NCBI GenBank assembly: GCA_944359055.1
Contig: CALVSO010000005.1
Coordinates: forward strand, 184-64,183
Direction of reading: 5' to 3'
DNA: 64,000 nucleotides
Origin: an uncultured Bacilli bacterium
GTDB lineage: Bacteria; Bacillota_I; Bacilli_A; RF39; UBA660
This document shows positions 46,687 through 55,807 of the stretch, in pieces (the first letter of the stretch is position 1; each line of letters opens with the position of its first letter). The translations under genes and the position numbers were made by a program. The notes beneath the pieces were generated by a model, which saw nothing but the letters and a program-made list of their open reading frames with translations, searched no databases and was not told the DNA's origin.

Positions 46687-46716
46687 AAAATGAAGTTTAA
46701 TCGACTTCATTTTTTA
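46685..46716. terminator. Bidirectional terminator between the Q/P/M-rich gene (+) and the DUF2207 gene (-)
   Basis: AATGAAGT (46689..46696) / ACTTCATT (46704..46711) stem flanked by an A run and a T run. Confidence 0.6.
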
Positions 46717-48486
46717 TATTTTAATAAACTCTTCATGTTTTTGTTTTTTACTTAAATAAGCACTTTTAATAACATCATCAAATTGATAAACAATATCTTG
46801 ATAAAATTTACTAACATTATCAAAACATCCTAAACTAATTGATTTAATTATATCTTCTTCATTTGAATTATCAATGTTATTTTTTAATATTTTTAATTCT
46901 TGATATTTTTTTAATCCATCTGGAGTTCGTTTATAAAACAATAGTAAAAATAGCAATGTAATTATAGCTATAATAAGTGTTGTATATGCTGAAAAATAAG
47001 TGTCTTTGCCTATTAAAAGTATACTCATAATAATTCCTAAAATTGAATAAGAAATTCCTATTATTTTAATCAAAAGTAAATTTTCATAATATTGTTTTTT
47101 GCTTATTTCATTCATTGTTGTATTTAAAAGATTAGAATAATTATTAATAAAATTGTCATAGTTATTAATTGCTCTTTTTTTTATTTTAGTAAATGTTGTT
47201 TCCTCGTTTTCTTCAAATATAAGTTTAATTAATTTTTGCTCTATAATAGATAAATCCTTTGTATTTTGTTTTAATTTGTAAGTTCCATTAGTTTTAGTTA
47301 TCGTTATTTTTTTATTAGCATTTAAAGAAAGTAATAATGCAGCAAAATCATTATTAGTTATTTTTCTTCGCATAATATATCCAATATCTATTAATTCTAA
47401 TTTATTATTTATATTTTTACTATTTTTTTTATATAATTGATAAATAATTATTATGATACCAATTGACCAAATTAATAAAATACTACTTAAAATAACTTTT
47501 GTAATTGTTTCTTTTCTTTCTATTTTAGGTTCGACATTCATAAGTCTTATTAATAAATCTATTTTTAATTCATCTTTTTCTTTCAATTTGTTGATTGCCG
47601 TTACTGCATTTTCATAATCTACTCTATTATATGTTTGTTCTACTTTACCTACTAATTGATAAGCTTCTTCTTGTAATTTAACATATTCATCATCTAAAGG
47701 AACATTTACTTCTTCTTCATACTGTTTTTCTAAAACTTCGATTTTTTCTAAAACATTTTCAGTTGTTACTTTATTTGTTTTAATAATATTATTATCAAAA
47801 ACTACTCTTATATCAAGATTATCATTTACTTTTAAATCTTTAACATTTATTTGTAATGTTTCTTCATTAATTATTTTTACAGTACCGTTCTTATGAACAT
47901 ATCCTTTTAATAATTCTAAATTATTAGGAATATGAATAGTTATTTCTAAAGATTTTATTTCTTCTTCTATTTGATTAAATAAAAATAAAGCAAACTCTGA
48001 TACATCATTATGATTAATGACAACATTTTTAAGTGTATAACTTAAATAAAAATCTTTATTCATTTTAGATGGATTATATATTTTAAATACTTCACTATTT
48101 TCTTCTTTAGTAATTGTATAAACACCATGTTCACCTTTAGTGGCTACATCAACTTTTTTAAATAAATCACCATTTTCTTTTAATTCTTCTAAAATTAATT
48201 TATCATCATAATTGATTGCTCTTACTTCATTTAATTGAATAGCTGAAATATTATACAAATTACCATCGACACTTGCTAATTTTTCTCCTTTATAGCCAAT
48301 ATAATTATTTTTATAATTAATTATTCTCTCAAATCCATTATATTCGCCTTCCATTTTAAATACTTCAATTACTTCAATATCACCGTTTTCTAAAACTGTC
48401 ATATCTATTTTATAATCAGTTACTTGATAGTCAGCTTTTACAGTTGGAATAAACAAGAAAAATAATAAAATTAATAATTTTTTCAT
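46714..48486 (-). CDS. DUF2207 domain-containing membrane protein
   Basis: Signal peptide, N-terminal extracytoplasmic domain (YQVTDYKIDMTVLENGDIEVIEVF), and internal and C-terminal TM helices. Lies immediately downstream of lemA, the usual pairing. Confidence 0.7.
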   Translation of the reverse strand: MKKLLILLFFLFIPTVKADYQVTDYKIDMTVLENGDIEVIEVFKMEGEYNGFERIINYKNNYIGYKGEKLASVDGNLYNISAIQLNEVRAINYDDKLILEELKENGDLFKKVDVATKGEHGVYTITKEENSEVFKIYNPSKMNKDFYLSYTLKNVVINHNDVSEFALFLFNQIEEEIKSLEITIHIPNNLELLKGYVHKNGTVKIINEETLQINVKDLKVNDNLDIRVVFDNNIIKTNKVTTENVLEKIEVLEKQYEEEVNVPLDDEYVKLQEEAYQLVGKVEQTYNRVDYENAVTAINKLKEKDELKIDLLIRLMNVEPKIERKETITKVILSSILLIWSIGIIIIIYQLYKKNSKNINNKLELIDIGYIMRRKITNNDFAALLLSLNANKKITITKTNGTYKLKQNTKDLSIIEQKLIKLIFEENEETTFTKIKKRAINNYDNFINNYSNLLNTTMNEISKKQYYENLLLIKIIGISYSILGIIMSILLIGKDTYFSAYTTLIIAIITLLFLLLFYKRTPDGLKKYQELKILKNNIDNSNEEDIIKSISLGCFDNVSKFYQDIVYQFDDVIKSAYLSKKQKHEEFIKI

Positions 48487-48523
48487 TTTTGCCTCCTAAA
48501 AAAAACTTACATAAGTAAGCTTT

Positions 48524-49105
48524 TTAAAATTGTACTTTTGGTACTTCTTTATCAGCTTCACTAGCTTCAAAGAATGCTTCTTGCTTAAATCCAAACATTG
48601 AAGCAATAATGTTAGAAGGAAACATTTCTAGTTTATTTTTATAAATAAGTACTGCATCATTATAAAACTGTCTAGCATATTGAATCTTATCTTCTGTATC
48701 TTTTAAATTAGCTTGTAAATCTAAAAAATTTGTATTAGCTTTTAAATCAGGATAAGCTTCTGCAACTGCCATAAGTCTACCTAATGCTCTAGATAATTCT
48801 CCATCTGCTTTAATCTCTTCTTCAGTTGTTTTTGCATCAACTACTTTATTTCTCGCTGCAATAACATTTTCTAATGTTTCACTTTCATGTTTTGCATAAC
48901 CTTTTACAGTTTCAACCAAATTAGGAATTAAATCAGTTCTTCTTTTTAATAATACATCAATTTGAGCCCATTGATCTTTTACTTTATTTCTTAATGAAAC
49001 TAAACTATTATAAGTTGTTCCAATAAATAATAAAATTAATAAGACAATTCCTCCTACTATTAAAGCAATAATCCAACCTTCCATATTCTTAACCTCCAAT
49101 AACAT
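48524..49105 (-). CDS. lemA: LemA family protein
   Basis: YNSLVSLRNKVKDQWAQIDVLLKRRTDLIPNLVETVKGYAKHE.... Confidence 0.88.
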   Translation of the reverse strand: MLLEVKNMEGWIIALIVGGIVLLILLFIGTTYNSLVSLRNKVKDQWAQIDVLLKRRTDLIPNLVETVKGYAKHESETLENVIAARNKVVDAKTTEEEIKADGELSRALGRLMAVAEAYPDLKANTNFLDLQANLKDTEDKIQYARQFYNDAVLIYKNKLEMFPSNIIASMFGFKQEAFFEASEADKEVPKVQF

Positions 49106-49181
49106 TATATAATAATTTAAACAAAAAATAAATACATATTTTATTTTTTTTTAGACAAAATAAATTTGAAAGGATGATTAT

Positions 49182-49388
49182 ATGAATATCGATATAAGAA
49201 AACATATTATTTCTAATTTTAAAGGATCTGAAATAGACGAAATAAAAGCTTCGATAGAAGCTTCAATTAAAGAAAAAGATGAAATTACTTTACCAGGTTT
49301 AGGAGTATTTTTTGAAGTATTATGGACTAATAGTGATGAGAATAATAAAGATTTTATATTAAATACATTAAAAAATTCATTAAAATAA
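49182..49388 (+). CDS. sspI: Small acid-soluble spore protein SspI
   Basis: MNIDIRKHIISNFKGSEIDEIKASIEASIKEKDEITLPGLGVFFEVLW aligns with the remembered B. subtilis SspI (MDLNLRHAVIANVSG...LPGLGVLFEVIW). Upstream ACATA-17 nt-CAAAATA is compatible with a forespore sigma-G/F type promoter, but this is a weak call. Confidence 0.85.
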   Translation: MNIDIRKHIISNFKGSEIDEIKASIEASIKEKDEITLPGLGVFFEVLWTNSDENNKDFILNTLKNSLK

Positions 49389-49433
49389 TAAAAAAAGGTT
49401 GACAAAATCAATCTTTTGAATTAGTATATATAG

Positions 49434-49536
49434 TACCAATTCGGAAATATTCGAATTGGCGCTAGTATCACACTAGCCAACCCCTTTTTATTCTTTTATG
49501 CGAACTATTCCTATAAGGAGTAGTTCATTTTTTATT
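49434..49536 (+). ncRNA. Candidate ~100-nt structured transcript or sspI 3' UTR (three hairpins ending in a terminator)
   Basis: TTGACA (49399..49404), 17 nt, TAGTAT (49422..49427). Hairpins follow: CCAATTCG/CGAATTGG (49436..49459), GCTAGT/ACTAGC (49461..49477), and GAACTATTCC-tataa-GGAGTAGTTC (49502..49526) with a T run. No convincing ORF. Confidence 0.25.
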
Positions 49537-49592
49537 ATAATAATTTATATTTTTATAGTCAATATTTTTTAATTTACTAGTGTAAACAAATG

Positions 49593-49787
49593 TCAATGAA
49601 TTTTTACTTTATTACTAGCTATTTCTTCTAATGCTCTTCCAATTGGCTTTTTAGAAATATATTCATTTTCTTTTAATTGAAAATGTTCAGTCTTTTCTAT
49701 TTCATGGGCTCTTTTAGCAACTATATTTACTAATAAATACTTAGATCCTACTTGATTTAATAATTTATCAATTGATGGATATATCAT
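49593..49787 (-). CDS. rpoZ: DNA-directed RNA polymerase subunit omega
   Basis: MIYPSIDKLLNQVGSKYLLVNIVAKRAHEI, 64 aa. Confidence 0.85.
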   Translation of the reverse strand: MIYPSIDKLLNQVGSKYLLVNIVAKRAHEIEKTEHFQLKENEYISKKPIGRALEEIASNKVKIH

Positions 49788-49845
49788 CTAATCACCTTCC
49801 CTATATTAATAATAAACTATTATTTTATAATTAGCAACTAATATC

Positions 49846-50463
49846 TTATAATTTGACATTATTTGACAAGTCATTATATATTTTATCTATTTGTTCTTTA
49901 TTATATACTCTTTTATTTAATCTTTTATCAACTGTATTATATAATAATTTTCTAGTTGTTAACCAAACACCAGTTACATTAAATATTAAATGACTATTTA
50001 ATATTACATAATTAAAAGTATCTTTTCTTAATATGAAAGGATTTTTTATTTGTTTGTCGTTTATATACCAATAATCATCTTTTATATTTCCTTTTATTGT
50101 TCCGGATTTATTTATTCTTACAAATTCAAATATTCCTGCTTCATTTATTACAATTAAATTATTATCTATAACTAAATTTTTTTGATATGTATCTAATTTA
50201 GATAATTCAGCTATTATCATATCATTATTAGTGAATCTTTCTGCTTTTTTTAAAGGAAGTGATCTATCTCCATATCTAATATAATCTAAGCATATTTTAA
50301 TAATAGTTCCTGTATTCAAAATAATTAAAAATAGAAATAATAATTCCATCCCAATATTAGTTATAAACGGACCAAATATTAAAACTATTAATATTGGAAA
50401 TATTCCTGCATAAATTCCCAATATAAGACAAATAAGAAATTTCTTTATATTTTCTTCTTTCAT
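49846..50463 (-). CDS. Membrane-anchored hypothetical protein, possibly NERD-like
   Basis: Two N-terminal TM helices. LIVINEAGIFEFVRINKSGTIKGNIKDDYWYIN resembles the NERD core, a weak call made by eye. Confidence 0.55.
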   Translation of the reverse strand: MKEENIKKFLICLILGIYAGIFPILIVLIFGPFITNIGMELLFLFLIILNTGTIIKICLDYIRYGDRSLPLKKAERFTNNDMIIAELSKLDTYQKNLVIDNNLIVINEAGIFEFVRINKSGTIKGNIKDDYWYINDKQIKNPFILRKDTFNYVILNSHLIFNVTGVWLTTRKLLYNTVDKRLNKRVYNKEQIDKIYNDLSNNVKL

Positions 50464-50514
50464 AAATCCACCTACTATTTTAATTCTATCACAAATAATA
50501 AGATGAGTAAATAA

Positions 50515-51189
50515 TTATAATCCATTATCATTAAAACTGTAATAAGTATCTTTACCAATTATAATATGATCTAATACATTAATTCCTAATAATGTCCCTA
50601 CTTCTTTTAACTGTTTAGTAATAATAATATCATTATTAGATGGATTAATGTTACCTGATGGATGATTATGAATACAAATAATACTTGTTGCACTTAATAA
50701 ATATGCTTCTTTAAACACTTCTCTAGGATGAACTAAACTTTGATTAATTGTACCGATAAATAATAATTTATCTTTAATAATATGATTTTTAGTATCTAAA
50801 TAAACACAATAAAAATGTTCTTGTAGTTTATCACTTAACTTATCTTTATAATAATTAAATATACTTTCTGATGAATATATTTTTATTTGATTAATATTAT
50901 TTATTTTATTATTAATTCTTTTACCTAATTCAATACTAGCTAAAATTTCACAAGCTTTTGCTTTACCTATTCCTTTAATTTTAATTAAGTTTTGATAATT
51001 AATATCTTTTAGATTATTAATATTATCAATTTGTTTTAAAATATTATTAGCTAGCTCTTTAACTGATAAATCTTTCGTTCCACATTTTAACAATATTGAT
51101 AATAATTCTTCATTATTTAAATATTCTACTCCATTACTAATTAACCTTTCACGAGGCCTTTCATTTATTGGAATATCTTTAATTAATAT
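50515..51189 (-). CDS. radC: RadC-family JAB domain protein; start codon non-canonical or unresolved
   Basis: C-terminal JAMM motif HNHPSGNINPSNND. The conserved RadC N-terminus (ILIKDIPINERPRERLISNGVEYLNNEELLSILLKCG) lies in frame upstream of the track's TTG start. The only candidate starts there are ATA (51189) and ATT (51183), after GAGGAGGG. Confidence 0.7.
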   Translation of the reverse strand: MLIKDIPINERPRERLISNGVEYLNNEELLSILLKCGTKDLSVKELANNILKQIDNINNLKDINYQNLIKIKGIGKAKACEILASIELGKRINNKINNINQIKIYSSESIFNYYKDKLSDKLQEHFYCVYLDTKNHIIKDKLLFIGTINQSLVHPREVFKEAYLLSATSIICIHNHPSGNINPSNNDIIITKQLKEVGTLLGINVLDHIIIGKDTYYSFNDNGL

Positions 51190-51191
51190 AC

Positions 51192-51638
51192 TTATCCCTC
51201 CTCTTTGTATTTACTTAATGTTTGTTTAATTATTTCCTTTATTGTTTCTTCTTCATTTGTTTCTTTCAAAACCATATCATACTGTCTTAAAGAATTTATT
51301 AAATCATTATCTGAAATTGTTGTCGTTTTAATGATTGTATTAATATCTTTATTTTTATAATATTCCTGTATTTTATTTACATTATCGCTTTCTAATGAAA
51401 TACCAATATAAACATAATACATATTATCAATAACACTATATATATAATCAGTTAAATGTGAGGTATTTTCTTGCATACTTTCCATACTAGAATAAACGCC
51501 TTGTTGAACCAAATAAGCTGTTTCTTTCACATTAAATACCGGTATTATATTAACACTTTCATATTCTTTTAACATATAAAAAGATAATAAAAAACCGACT
51601 AATAAAGATACAATTATAGTTAATAAATATTTTTTCAT
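51192..51638 (-). CDS. Membrane-anchored protein, possibly SPOR-like
   Basis: N-terminal TM helix. YLVQQGVYSSMESMQ...MYYVYIGISLESDNVNKIQEYYK loosely resembles a SPOR domain. Confidence 0.5.
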   Translation of the reverse strand: MKKYLLTIIVSLLVGFLLSFYMLKEYESVNIIPVFNVKETAYLVQQGVYSSMESMQENTSHLTDYIYSVIDNMYYVYIGISLESDNVNKIQEYYKNKDINTIIKTTTISDNDLINSLRQYDMVLKETNEEETIKEIIKQTLSKYKEEG

Positions 51639-51687
51639 ATTCTCACCATATTAATTATACCCTATTAATCAGTTATATTTTGTCGAA

Positions 51688-53370
51688 TTAAATTAATTCA
51701 TCAATTTTTGAAACAATATCATTTACGTGAACATCAAACACTTGATTTGTTTCTCTTATTTTTAATTCTACTAAATTATCTTTAGTTTTTTTACCAACTG
51801 TAATTCGATATGGAATACCAATTAAATCCATATCATTAAATTTTACCCCTGCTCGTTCATCACGATCATCTAATATTGTTTCAATATTATTTTTATTTAA
51901 ATTATTATATATTGCATTAGCAATTGATTTTTGAATATCATCTTTTTTATCAATTAAAACAATAGCTACTTTGTATGGAGCAATTTCAACAGGCCAAATA
52001 ATACCCTTTTCATCATTTTTTTGTTCTACAATTGAAGACATTATTCTACCTAAACCAATACCATAACATCCCATAACAACTGGCTTTAATTCATTGTTTT
52101 CATCTAAATAATTTAGATTTAAAGCTTTTGAATATTTAGTACCTAATTTAAATGTATTGCCAATTTCAATACCATGTTTGAAATATAGTTTCTTTCCACA
52201 TTTTGGACATACATCAAATTCTTTAACATTTTTAATATCTCCTACATAATCATATTTAAAATCTGATGTATTTACATTTTTATAGTGATAATCCGTTTTA
52301 TTAGCACCTACTATATAATTATATTTATATAAAATATCATTATCAATTACTATTTTAATATCCAAACCAATTGGACCTGCGAATCCTACTTTAGCATTTG
52401 TAACTTTTTCTACTTCTTCTAATGAAGCTAATTCAATTGATTTACCATTTAATAATTTTCTTAATTTTGTTTCATTAATTTCTCTATCGCCACTTACTAA
52501 ACAAGCATATAAAGTATCATCAACTTTATAAATTAATGTTTTAACAAATTTATCTTTATCTTCTTTTAAATAATTAGATATTTCTTCAATTGTTTTAGCA
52601 TTAGGAGTATAAACTAATTCCTTTTCTTTATACTTTTCAGCTTTTTCTTTATTTATTACACATTCACTTACTTCGATATTAGATGAATATCCACAATCAC
52701 ATAAAACTAATATATCTTCACCAATATCAGTTACTGCTTGAAATTCTTCACTTAATAATCCACCCATAACACCTGTATCAGCTGTTACAATACGATAATC
52801 AATACCAATTCGATCAAAGATATTTTTATAAGCATTAAACATTTTCATATATGATTTATTTAAACTATCTAATGAAGTATCAAAACTATAAGCATCTTTC
52901 ATAAAGAATTCTCTTACTCTTATTAATCCATATCTAGGTCTTGGTTCATCACGATATTTGTTTCCTATTTGATATAAATTAAAAGGCATATCTTTATATG
53001 ATTTAATTTTCATTCTAGCAGCTTCTACAAAAAATTCTTCATGAGTAGGACCTAATACTAAACTTCTATTATATCTATCTTTTAAACTAAACATATCATG
53101 GCCAAAATTATCTCTTCTACCACTACTTATATATACATCTTCTGGTAATAAATTAGGCATTAATAACTCATTAGCACCAGCTTTATTCATTTCTTCTCTG
53201 ATGATATTTTCAATATTTTTTAATACTTTTAAACCAAGTGGCATATACATATAAATTCCATTACCTATTTTTTTTACCATTCCACTTTTAACAAGTAGAT
53301 TGCCACTTACAGTTTCTTCATCTTTAACATCTTCTCTAAATGTATAGAAAAAATTTTCACTTAATCGCAT
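51688..53370 (-). CDS. proS: Proline--tRNA ligase (bacterial type with editing insertion)
   Basis: MRLSENFFYTFREDVKDEETVSGNLLVKSGMVKKIGNGIYMYMPLG..., 560 aa. The 46-nt upstream gap leaves no room for a T-box leader. Confidence 0.93.
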   Translation of the reverse strand: MRLSENFFYTFREDVKDEETVSGNLLVKSGMVKKIGNGIYMYMPLGLKVLKNIENIIREEMNKAGANELLMPNLLPEDVYISSGRRDNFGHDMFSLKDRYNRSLVLGPTHEEFFVEAARMKIKSYKDMPFNLYQIGNKYRDEPRPRYGLIRVREFFMKDAYSFDTSLDSLNKSYMKMFNAYKNIFDRIGIDYRIVTADTGVMGGLLSEEFQAVTDIGEDILVLCDCGYSSNIEVSECVINKEKAEKYKEKELVYTPNAKTIEEISNYLKEDKDKFVKTLIYKVDDTLYACLVSGDREINETKLRKLLNGKSIELASLEEVEKVTNAKVGFAGPIGLDIKIVIDNDILYKYNYIVGANKTDYHYKNVNTSDFKYDYVGDIKNVKEFDVCPKCGKKLYFKHGIEIGNTFKLGTKYSKALNLNYLDENNELKPVVMGCYGIGLGRIMSSIVEQKNDEKGIIWPVEIAPYKVAIVLIDKKDDIQKSIANAIYNNLNKNNIETILDDRDERAGVKFNDMDLIGIPYRITVGKKTKDNLVELKIRETNQVFDVHVNDIVSKIDELI

Positions 53371-53416
53371 AATTTCACCTCAACAATTTAATTATATCAT
53401 AAATTAAAATATTTTA

Positions 53417-54394
53417 TTATAATTTCTTAACTTTTTGACTACTTAATGATTCTAGAAAACTATTCGTAGATGATTTTATTTTATCTACAAATTCAGTATC
53501 AATATTTAATCCTATTATATCTAAACATTCTTGATAACTTTTTTCATTTATTGCTTTATTATATTCCATTAATATTTTAATAAAATCGTTATCATTTTTA
53601 TATGTTTCTAATATATAAATTGCTATAGGGTAACCCAATACATTCCAAGTATCTCTAATAATAAATTTTTTCTCAGTTGCGTATTGTTCAAAATACTCTA
53701 ACATTCTTTCATAATTATTATCTTTAAAAATTTTATTATATGCTTCTAAACTTATATCTTTTTCTTTTTTATATAGCAAAATTAATTTATAAATATAATA
53801 AATTCTATCCATCAACTTACAAATCATACGAGCCATAAATTTCATAAACATTTCCACATCATTATGATATATTGTATTATTTAATTCTTCACAATAAATA
53901 AACTCAATTCCATAAGATAATGATTCTGTTAACAAATTGCTTACAAAATTTCTTTGAGATTCTGGTTGATTTAAATAATGCATAATTTCATGAATTAATA
54001 CACAACTATCAGTAATATTATCATTTAAATAGATTTCAATTACTCTCTTTTTATCCTTATCATAGTATGATGTTCCAACTTTTGTTTTTGTAACATTTTC
54101 ATCTATTTTTTTAAATATTAAAATACCACTTTCAATTAATTCTTTTACTGAAATATTTATATGATACTTATCCAAAAATTGTTGAACCAAAGAGATATTT
54201 TCTCCCAAACTAACATAAGAAAAATCATATTTTTCGAACTTAATATTTTTTATTACTTCAACATAATTATAATAGATATAATTTGATAAATTCCATAAAT
54301 TTTCTATTTCATCTAATATAAATGGATTATATGAAAAAAAAGATAAATTTTCAAACCAATCTTTGTAATTTTTAATTCTTTCTTGAGATACCAT
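53417..54394 (-). CDS. Hypothetical protein with HExxH zinc-metallopeptidase motif
   Basis: VLIHEIMHYLNQPE, 325 aa, no signal peptide. TGcTATAAT extended -10 upstream. Confidence 0.6.
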   Translation of the reverse strand: MVSQERIKNYKDWFENLSFFSYNPFILDEIENLWNLSNYIYYNYVEVIKNIKFEKYDFSYVSLGENISLVQQFLDKYHINISVKELIESGILIFKKIDENVTKTKVGTSYYDKDKKRVIEIYLNDNITDSCVLIHEIMHYLNQPESQRNFVSNLLTESLSYGIEFIYCEELNNTIYHNDVEMFMKFMARMICKLMDRIYYIYKLILLYKKEKDISLEAYNKIFKDNNYERMLEYFEQYATEKKFIIRDTWNVLGYPIAIYILETYKNDNDFIKILMEYNKAINEKSYQECLDIIGLNIDTEFVDKIKSSTNSFLESLSSQKVKKL

Positions 54395-54552
54395 ATTTTC
54401 ACCACCTAAATTTGTAAATATTATAGCATAGAATATTGCGAAAATGTTAAATATATGTTATTATTAGTATGTAAGGAAAAAACTTGCATATAATAAAAAA
54501 GGGAACATTCAGTTTTGCAATGTTGAATGTCTACCTTATAAATTTTAGGTTG

Positions 54553-54583
54553 CACTCATTTGCTAAATGAGTGTCATTTTTTT
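54553..54583 (+). terminator. Plus-strand-oriented terminator hairpin antisense to the 3' end of the small hydrophobic ORF
   Basis: CACTCATTT-gct-AAATGAGTG (54553..54573) followed by TCATTTTTTT. The T run is on the + strand only, although no + strand gene precedes it. Confidence 0.45.
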
Positions 54584-54666
54584 ATTACTATTATCATTAT
54601 GATAAGAAGCGATAAAATGATAATAATGTGTTTTAGAACTTTTATTATAAAAATTCTTTTTGACAT
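54574..54666 (-). CDS. Small hydrophobic peptide (30 aa), candidate type I toxin or small membrane protein; not in the ORF track
   Basis: Own translation: MSKRIFIIKVLKHIIIILSLLIIMIIVIKK. Strong RBS AGAGGAGG 8 nt upstream. Has its own promoter (next feature). Confidence 0.4.
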   Translation of the reverse strand: MSKRIFIIKVLKHIIIILSLLIIMIIVIKK

Positions 54667-54730
54667 TTTATCAAGCCTCCTCTCTTTTAAGATTCGGCAG
54701 ACACTCAACGACTAAATATCCCTAACAATA

Positions 54731-54759
54731 AGTATACTATAAATTAACTTATTATTCAA
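54731..54759 (-). promoter_or_regulatory. Sigma-A type promoter upstream of the small hydrophobic ORF
   Basis: TTGAAT (54759..54754), 17-nt spacer, TATACT (54736..54731). Confidence 0.45.
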
Positions 54760-54763
54760 TAAT

Positions 54764-55201
54764 TTATTCATAATTAATAAAATGTTTTAAATTAATATCA
54801 AATTTTTTAATAATATCTTTTAAAATAGAAGGTTTTATATTATAATCTTCTATCTTTTTTATATCAATAAATTGAAAAATTTGATTTTTATCTTCCTGTG
54901 GAGTTATTACATCATTATACTTAGTATAATAACAAAAATCTATATTTTGAATTTTTTCTTCTTTTAAAATATTTTCAAAAACACATAATAATTCAAAATC
55001 TAATTCTATTCCTAATTCTTCTTTTATTTCTCTTATTATTGCTATCTTACTATCTTCTAATTTATTTACTCTTCCACCTGGCAATAAATAATAATCAGAA
55101 TTTTTATATTTAAATAATAATATCTCATTTTTTGAATTAATAATAAAAGCCGAACATCTAACTAAAAATCTATAATCATTTTCTTTAAAATCAATATCCA
55201 T
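54764..55201 (-). CDS. NUDIX hydrolase
   Basis: Intact Nudix box GGRVNKLEDSKIAIIREIKEELGI. Confidence 0.85.
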   Translation of the reverse strand: MDIDFKENDYRFLVRCSAFIINSKNEILLFKYKNSDYYLLPGGRVNKLEDSKIAIIREIKEELGIELDFELLCVFENILKEEKIQNIDFCYYTKYNDVITPQEDKNQIFQFIDIKKIEDYNIKPSILKDIIKKFDINLKHFINYE

Positions 55202-55211
55202 TTTTCCACCT

Positions 55212-55795
55212 TCATTTTGAATATTTATCTTTATTTAATTCATAAATATATGATTCTACAGGTTCATCAATAAACGTATATTCATTAAAAATTGTTTTGT
55301 TTTTATCACGAATAAACCCTAATTTTTCCATTAACTTCCAAGAAGCGATATTAGGAATTGCAGCACTTTTTTATATTTTTTTAAATTAACCTCATTAAAC
55401 ATATAATTTATCATTGCTAAGGCTGCTTCGGTTGCGTATCCTTGTTTTTGATATTTTGGATTAATATACCATCCTAGTGACATGGTATTTTCTTCATCAC
55501 ATTCTTTAGAAGAAATATGAGAATTTATTTGCCCTATACATTCACCATTATTTTTTAAAAATATACTCCATTCAAATTTATCTTTATCTTTAGCATGATT
55601 AACTTTTTCTTCATAAAATTTTTTTTGAATTTCCCAATTCAACAATCTATCTTTAAATTTTTTATTTATATCAAGATAATATCTGTTAACTTCAGGGATC
55701 ATTAATATCTCCCATAATATCTTTTGCTCTTTCATAGTTGGAATTTTTAATATCAGTCTTTCTGTCTCAATTTCTTTTGTACCTAATAACTTCAT
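55212..55795 (-). pseudogene. GNAT family N-acetyltransferase (RimJ/RimL-like) interrupted by a frameshift in an A6 run
   Basis: The track ORF (55331..55795) ends ...NEVNLKKYKKVLQFLISLLGS*. Shifting frame after the A6 run (forward T6 at 55367..55372) gives KSAAIPNIASWKLMEKLGFIRDKNKTIFNEYTFIDEPVESYIYELNKDKYSK*, with its stop at 55214..55212. That is the expected GNAT C-terminus. One extra A would restore a product of about 190 aa. Confidence 0.75.
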
Positions 55796-55807
55796 AATAA
55801 TTCTCCT

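Noticed and set aside
49498-49572. 24-codon ORF (MRTIPIRSSSFFIIIIYIFIVNIF) in the sspI-rpoZ gap
   Set aside because: There is no RBS, and the ORF spans a terminator hairpin and its T run. It is almost certainly non-coding.
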